From assembly GCA_946998225.1 (NCBI GenBank), contig CAMPYH010000002.1, positions 31,163 through 95,162 of the forward strand: 64,000 nt of DNA, in the 5' to 3' direction. Both the position numbers and the translations under genes were made by a program. The stretch is from an uncultured Clostridiaceae bacterium (lineage in GTDB: Bacteria; Bacillota; Clostridia; TANB77; CAG-508). Below are positions 60,188 through 64,000 of the stretch, one piece after another (positions within the stretch are counted from its first letter, which is position 1; every line of letters starts with the position of its first letter). Under the pieces are notes generated by a model. It searched no databases. It was not told where the DNA came from and was given only the letters and a program-made list of their open reading frames with translations.

Positions 60188-61600
60188 ATGAATATACTAT
60201 TTTATTTAATAATAATTTTTTCAAAAGTTTTAAACTTTTTTATAAATATATTTTTTAAAGGACGTGGAACAGACATCTCTGGTCTTATTGCATACAAAAT
60301 TATGCCAGACTTTTTAAAAAGAGTTAAAAACATTGATCCAGATAAAGTAATAATTGTAACAGGAACAAATGGAAAATCTACTGCTACTAATTTAATTGTA
60401 ACTACTTTAAGAAATATGGGAAAAACTGTATCAGCAAACTTAGAAGGTGCAAACCTTACAACAGGAGCTATAACTACTGTTCTTAAAAACATTACATTAA
60501 CAGGTAAACTCAAAACAGAATATTTAGTTATTGAATCTGATGAAAGATATCTTCAAATTACATACCCACAACTTAAACCAAAACATTTAGTAATTACAAA
60601 TCTTCAAAAAGACCAAATGCAAAGATCAGCAACACCTGAATTTATATACAATAAAGTTAAAGAAACTATTAAAATATCTAAAAATGTATATTTAAATGCA
60701 GATGAGCCTATATCTCTTTCTCTAAAAAGATTTGCACCAGGTAATGTAATTACATATGGTGTTGAGAAAAACGATAAATCCTTTGTAAAACCTGAAGAAG
60801 AAATTAGTACATTCCCTTGCTACTATTGTTCATCTAAAATGTCTTTTGACTATTTTAATCTAGACAATATCGGTGGATTTAGATGTACTGAATGCGGATA
60901 CAAAAAAGAAACTCCAGATTTTAATGTAGAAAATATAGATTATGCAAGAAAAATAATTACTGTTAATGGTAAAAAATATATGACTAATTACAATATGATG
61001 TATTTCCAATATACATATGTAATAGCTATAGCTGTTCTTACAAATCTAGGATTTACTTATGAAGAAATTAACAACAATTTATATAAATTTGAAAACATAC
61101 ATGGAAGAATTGATGATTTAAGATACCACTTCCTTGATGATGAAGATACAATGAAGGTTAAAAAAGTAAAATACCATCGTATTAAACAAGGTAATTCTGA
61201 AACATTACAAACTGTTTTAAATATAATTACTGAAGATATTAAAGATAAAACTGTAATATTCTTCTTAAACGAAGTTGAGGACTACCCTCCTTACTTTACT
61301 TCTTCCTTCTATATATTTGATGTAAATTTAAATAAATTAAAAATGCAAAATCCAAATATAATTTGTTTTGGTAGATCTGTTGCATATGATGTTGCAAACA
61401 AATTAAAATATGAAGGATTTAATGAAGATAAACTTACTGTAATAGAATCAGCTGATGGTAAAGACCTATTTAAAGAACTTGAAAAAGATAAATATGGAGA
61501 TAATATTTACTTAATACTACCTATAGAAAGACTTCCAAAACTTAAAAAAGAATTAAAACATGCTAATAAGCATAACCAAAAAGAAAGAAAAGAAAATTAA
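60188..61600 (+). CDS. murT: MurT-like Mur ligase family protein (lipid II isoglutaminyl synthase ligase subunit)
   Basis: Mur-ligase P-loop VIIVTGTNGKSTATNL; central Cys4 ribbon CYYCSSKMSF...FRCTECGYKK (CxxC-x17-CxxC) as in MurT. Start chosen at the ATG at 60188 after RBS AGGAG; the ORF is open from 60152. Confidence 0.8.
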   Translation: MNILFYLIIIFSKVLNFFINIFFKGRGTDISGLIAYKIMPDFLKRVKNIDPDKVIIVTGTNGKSTATNLIVTTLRNMGKTVSANLEGANLTTGAITTVLKNITLTGKLKTEYLVIESDERYLQITYPQLKPKHLVITNLQKDQMQRSATPEFIYNKVKETIKISKNVYLNADEPISLSLKRFAPGNVITYGVEKNDKSFVKPEEEISTFPCYYCSSKMSFDYFNLDNIGGFRCTECGYKKETPDFNVENIDYARKIITVNGKKYMTNYNMMYFQYTYVIAIAVLTNLGFTYEEINNNLYKFENIHGRIDDLRYHFLDDEDTMKVKKVKYHRIKQGNSETLQTVLNIITEDIKDKTVIFFLNEVEDYPPYFTSSFYIFDVNLNKLKMQNPNIICFGRSVAYDVANKLKYEGFNEDKLTVIESADGKDLFKELEKDKYGDNIYLILPIERLPKLKKELKHANKHNQKERKEN

Positions 61601-61601
61601 A

Positions 61602-62402
61602 ATGAAAGAAAAAAATGAAATAACCGTAATATGGCTTTATCCAGATATTTTAAATAACTATGGTGATAGAGGAAATATTGAAGCAATAAAATATATTGCA
61701 AACAAAAAAAATATTAAAGTTAATTTAATTAAAGTACATAAATATGATGATCCAATACCTTTTGAAAAAGGAGATCTTATCCTCCTTGGTGCTGGGGAAT
61801 TTAGAGTTATGCCTAAAATTATAGAAAGACTTAAAAAAGATATAGATAAATTAAAAGAATATATAGAAAACAATAAATACATATTTGTATTTAATGTAAC
61901 AGCATCTATCTTTGCTAAAGAAACAATTAGAAGAAATGGAAAAAATATAAAAGGACTTAACCTACTTCCTCTTACTATAAAAGAAAAAAGATATAATTAT
62001 GGTGATGATCTATACCTTAGTATATATAATGGAATGGATATAATCGGATCACAAATACAAATGGCAGACTATATTTTAGAAGATGATAAATATTTTGGTG
62101 ATGTACATTATGGATATGGTAATGATTTCTATTCAAAAAAAGCTGGTGCAAGATATAAAAATCTAATATTTCCAAATATTCAAGGACCACTTTTCTTTAA
62201 AAACCCTTGGTATTTAGAATTTGTATTAGAAGATATATTAAGCGGATTTAAAAACTCAAACAATGTAATTACAGACTTTAATTTAAATGATTATATAACT
62301 ACATACCCTTATGAGGTTAAAGCATTTGAAGCGGCAAAAAAATTCATTAAAGAAAAACCTGCTGCATCTAAACATGACTATACAAATGAATATCTATTAT
62401 AA
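61602..62402 (+). CDS. gatD: GatD-like (CobQ/CobB-type class I glutamine-amidotransferase fold) partner of MurT, entirely lacking cysteine
   Basis: N-terminus ITVIWLYPDILNNYGDRGNIEAI and C-terminal HYGYGNDFYSKKAGARYKNLIFPNIQGPLFFKN match the GatD pattern (LxxYxDxGNIxAL...GYGNN...YKNLLGTYLHGPILPKN). The translation contains zero Cys (VTASIF sits where the nucleophile motif CGGYQ would be). The ATG at 61602 follows the murT stop by 1 nt. Confidence 0.75.
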   Translation: MKEKNEITVIWLYPDILNNYGDRGNIEAIKYIANKKNIKVNLIKVHKYDDPIPFEKGDLILLGAGEFRVMPKIIERLKKDIDKLKEYIENNKYIFVFNVTASIFAKETIRRNGKNIKGLNLLPLTIKEKRYNYGDDLYLSIYNGMDIIGSQIQMADYILEDDKYFGDVHYGYGNDFYSKKAGARYKNLIFPNIQGPLFFKNPWYLEFVLEDILSGFKNSNNVITDFNLNDYITTYPYEVKAFEAAKKFIKEKPAASKHDYTNEYLL

Positions 62403-62438
62403 AATATAGTAAAAAAACATAAAAAATATTAAAAAGTA

Positions 62439-62467
62439 TTGCTATTTATTATAAAACATAGTATTAT
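62439..62467 (+). promoter_or_regulatory. Sigma-A promoter for tRNA-Leu
   Basis: TTGCTA, 17 nt, TATTAT; about 28 nt upstream of the tRNA 5' end. Confidence 0.55.
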
Positions 62468-62494
62468 ATAAAAGTAATTAGTAATACTAATACA

Positions 62495-62580
62495 TGCGAC
62501 TGTGGTGGAACTGGCAGACACGCTAGACTTAGAATCTAGTGTCTTACGACGTGGAGGTTCAAGTCCTCTCAGTCGCACCA
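62495..62580 (+). tRNA. tRNA-Leu (anticodon TAG), type II with a long variable arm, CCA encoded
   Basis: Acceptor tgcgact / agtcgca plus cca. Anticodon stem ctaga / tctag with loop cuUAGaa. Long variable arm cgacgtggag. T-arm ggttcaagtcc. Confidence 0.85.
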
Positions 62581-62739
62581 ATATTTAGAAGCGTTTTATA
62601 AACGTTTCTTTTTTTATAAAACTTTACAGAATTATGTAAACATGTTATAATAATAATGTTGATGTGACAGATTGTATACTCCGTTACATCCAGGATAGAC
62701 ATTTTAATTATGAGTAATTACTCAAGGAGGTAGAAAAAC

Positions 62740-62976
62740 ATGTTAGATGTTAGAAGCGCAACAATTGTACGTAAGGCAATTAATGATTACTTATCCACAC
62801 CAAATGGGGGAAGTTTAGAAGCAGTTTGTAGAATGGAGCCAATTGCTCAAAGCACAGCAAGCAGCGGTTATACTGTGTTAGGGCTTCAATCTGGAGATGT
62901 AACCCTATTAGTATGGGTTCAATTTGATGAAACACACGGCGTTATTGTGCGAAGAGTAAAATCTATAGCATGGTAA
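62740..62976 (+). CDS. Small conserved-looking hypothetical protein (78 aa) between two tRNAs
   Basis: Perfect RBS AAGGAGG 8 nt upstream; higher GC and C-ending codon preference than neighbours; followed by a strong terminator. No motif recognised. Confidence 0.55.
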   Translation: MLDVRSATIVRKAINDYLSTPNGGSLEAVCRMEPIAQSTASSGYTVLGLQSGDVTLLVWVQFDETHGVIVRRVKSIAW

Positions 62977-63000
62977 TTAATAAAAAGAAAATTTTCTTTT

Positions 63001-63027
63001 CTCTCTCTATCAAGAGAGAGTTTTTTA
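63001..63027 (+). terminator. Rho-independent terminator after the 78-aa gene
   Basis: ctctctct atca agagagag followed by tttttt. Confidence 0.7.
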
Positions 63028-63052
63028 TTTCCATTTATAGTTTTCAATTTAA

Positions 63053-63080
63053 ACATAAAAAAAGAGCATCTAAGCTCTTT
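63053..63080 (-). terminator. Terminator downstream of tRNA-Trp (minus strand)
   Basis: On the minus transcript: aaagagc uuagau gctcttt followed by a U-run. Confidence 0.5.
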
Positions 63081-63083
63081 ATC

Positions 63084-63157
63084 TGGCGGGGGTGGAAAGA
63101 ATCGAACTCTCATCTGAGGTTTTGGAGACCTATATTCTACCATTGAACTACACCCCC
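63084..63157 (-). tRNA. tRNA-Trp (anticodon CCA), CCA encoded
   Basis: Reverse complement gggggtgtagttcaatggtagaatataggtctCCAaaacctcagatgagagttcgattctttccacccccgcca. Acceptor gggggtg / caccccc, anticodon loop cuCCAaa, T-loop ttcgatt. Confidence 0.85.
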
Positions 63158-63285
63158 ATGAAGTATTTTTATTATACTATAAAAAAATATATAAAACAAT
63201 ATATAGAATAATAATTATTATAATAATAATTAATATTATTAATGTAAAAAAAGAAGCTTTTGGCTTCTTTTTTATATTTAACATT

Positions 63286-64000
63286 TTAATACTCTAATGC
63301 TGCAGATTTAGTTTTATTTAATTCATTTATATATTCTTGTTTTTCTTCATCTTTTAGATTTGTATATTTTGTATTTTTAAATTTATTTATTTCTTTTTGT
63401 ATATTATCTTTTTCAGATTTTTCTTTTATTTTATATTCATATACTATTTCTCTTCTGTTGTTTGTTTTACTTTTTGTAACTATTTTTAAAGCAATTGGGA
63501 GATTTGTTTTTTTATCTAGATAAAAGATTCTTTCTTCATCTTCTATATTATATTTAACTCCAATTACATTTTTATTATCTTTATATTCTTCTTTTTTAGA
63601 TATTTTTATATTTTTAGCCTTTTTTTCTTCATTTACAAATGGTAAATAAATATGGTCTTTAAGTTTAACATTTCTTAATTTTTTTGCATCTAATTTTAAT
63701 TGTTTCTTATCTTTTTCAAAATATATTATATTTTCTTTATTTTTAAAATCTATATATTCAGATGTATTTATATTTAATCTTAATCCATATTCATCTTTAG
63801 CTTTAGATATGTTTTTTACCTCTTCTTCATATCCTCTAACTCTGTATAAACTAATACTGTATACTTCTTCCTTTTCTAATCTTTTTATACTTTGTTTATA
63901 TTTAATTAATGAAAATTGTTTAGATGCAACGAAAAAAGTTATAGCTAAAATTAATAATATTATACTTATGCAGCATATTAAATAATTATCCTTTATTCCT
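63286..64000 (-). CDS. Hypothetical membrane-anchored Lys-rich protein; the 5' end (N-terminus) runs beyond the window edge
   Basis: Hand translation of the minus strand is open from the window edge to the TAA at 63286-63288: ...LICCISIILLILAITFFVASKQFSLIKYKQSIKRLEKEEVYS...KTKSAALEY*. It was not in the ORF track because no Met lies within the window. Confidence 0.5.
   Translation of the reverse strand, partial: GIKDNYLICCISIILLILAITFFVASKQFSLIKYKQSIKRLEKEEVYSISLYRVRGYEEEVKNISKAKDEYGLRLNINTSEYIDFKNKENIIYFEKDKKQLKLDAKKLRNVKLKDHIYLPFVNEEKKAKNIKISKKEEYKDNKNVIGVKYNIEDEERIFYLDKKTNLPIALKIVTKSKTNNRREIVYEYKIKEKSEKDNIQKEINKFKNTKYTNLKDEEKQEYINELNKTKSAALEY

Noticed and set aside
1-64000. CRISPR arrays, rRNA operons, IS transposases
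   Set aside because: No regularly spaced direct repeats with unique spacers, no rRNA-like GC-rich segments and no DDE/transposase-like ORFs were observed anywhere in the window.

Overview
This is a 64-kb window from a very AT-rich (about 25% GC), compact, low-GC Gram-positive (Firmicutes/Clostridia-like) chromosome. The organism assignment is inferred from sortase/LPXTG, MurT-GatD, RNase J and PBP1A, not from any search. Most of the window is core housekeeping: eno (partial), nth, mnmA, yebC, ponA (PBP1A), cysS, ftsH, ttcA-like, recG, xerC/D-like, rnhA, smpB, engB, serS, gltX, rnj, murT/gatD, tRNA-Leu and tRNA-Trp. Interspersed are accessory-looking loci: (1) an LPXTG surface protein with a 1-kb internal duplication; (2) a Fic toxin-like gene with a small upstream partner under a textbook sigma-A promoter; (3) a tandem pair of DUF2207-like membrane proteins; (4) a surface-polysaccharide-like cluster (WecA/TagO-type GT4, polytopic membrane protein, GT2-like); (5) a sortase locus with an Ig-like/SH3b/C39-like protein and, farther along, a 2967-aa LRR/Cna-B-type giant adhesin carrying a non-canonical MPVSG sorting signal; (6) a tightly packed minus-strand block smpB to two large hypotheticals to RNase HI with a coiled-coil tail; (7) a murT-gatD pair in which the GatD-like protein has no cysteine at all, so it cannot be a Cys-nucleophile glutaminase. 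That pair is preceded by a compositionally atypical gene, which has strongly C-ending codons, a consensus promoter and an operator-like palindrome, and by a 270-nt poly-pyrimidine tract. Several enzymes appear to carry substitutions at canonical catalytic residues (E2-like DHRxxDG to DERIVDG; CoADR/Nox-like Cys to Ser; C39-like). No CRISPR array, rRNA, transposase or clear prophage was seen. Nothing was run against a database; all calls rest on motifs read from the translations and the sequence.
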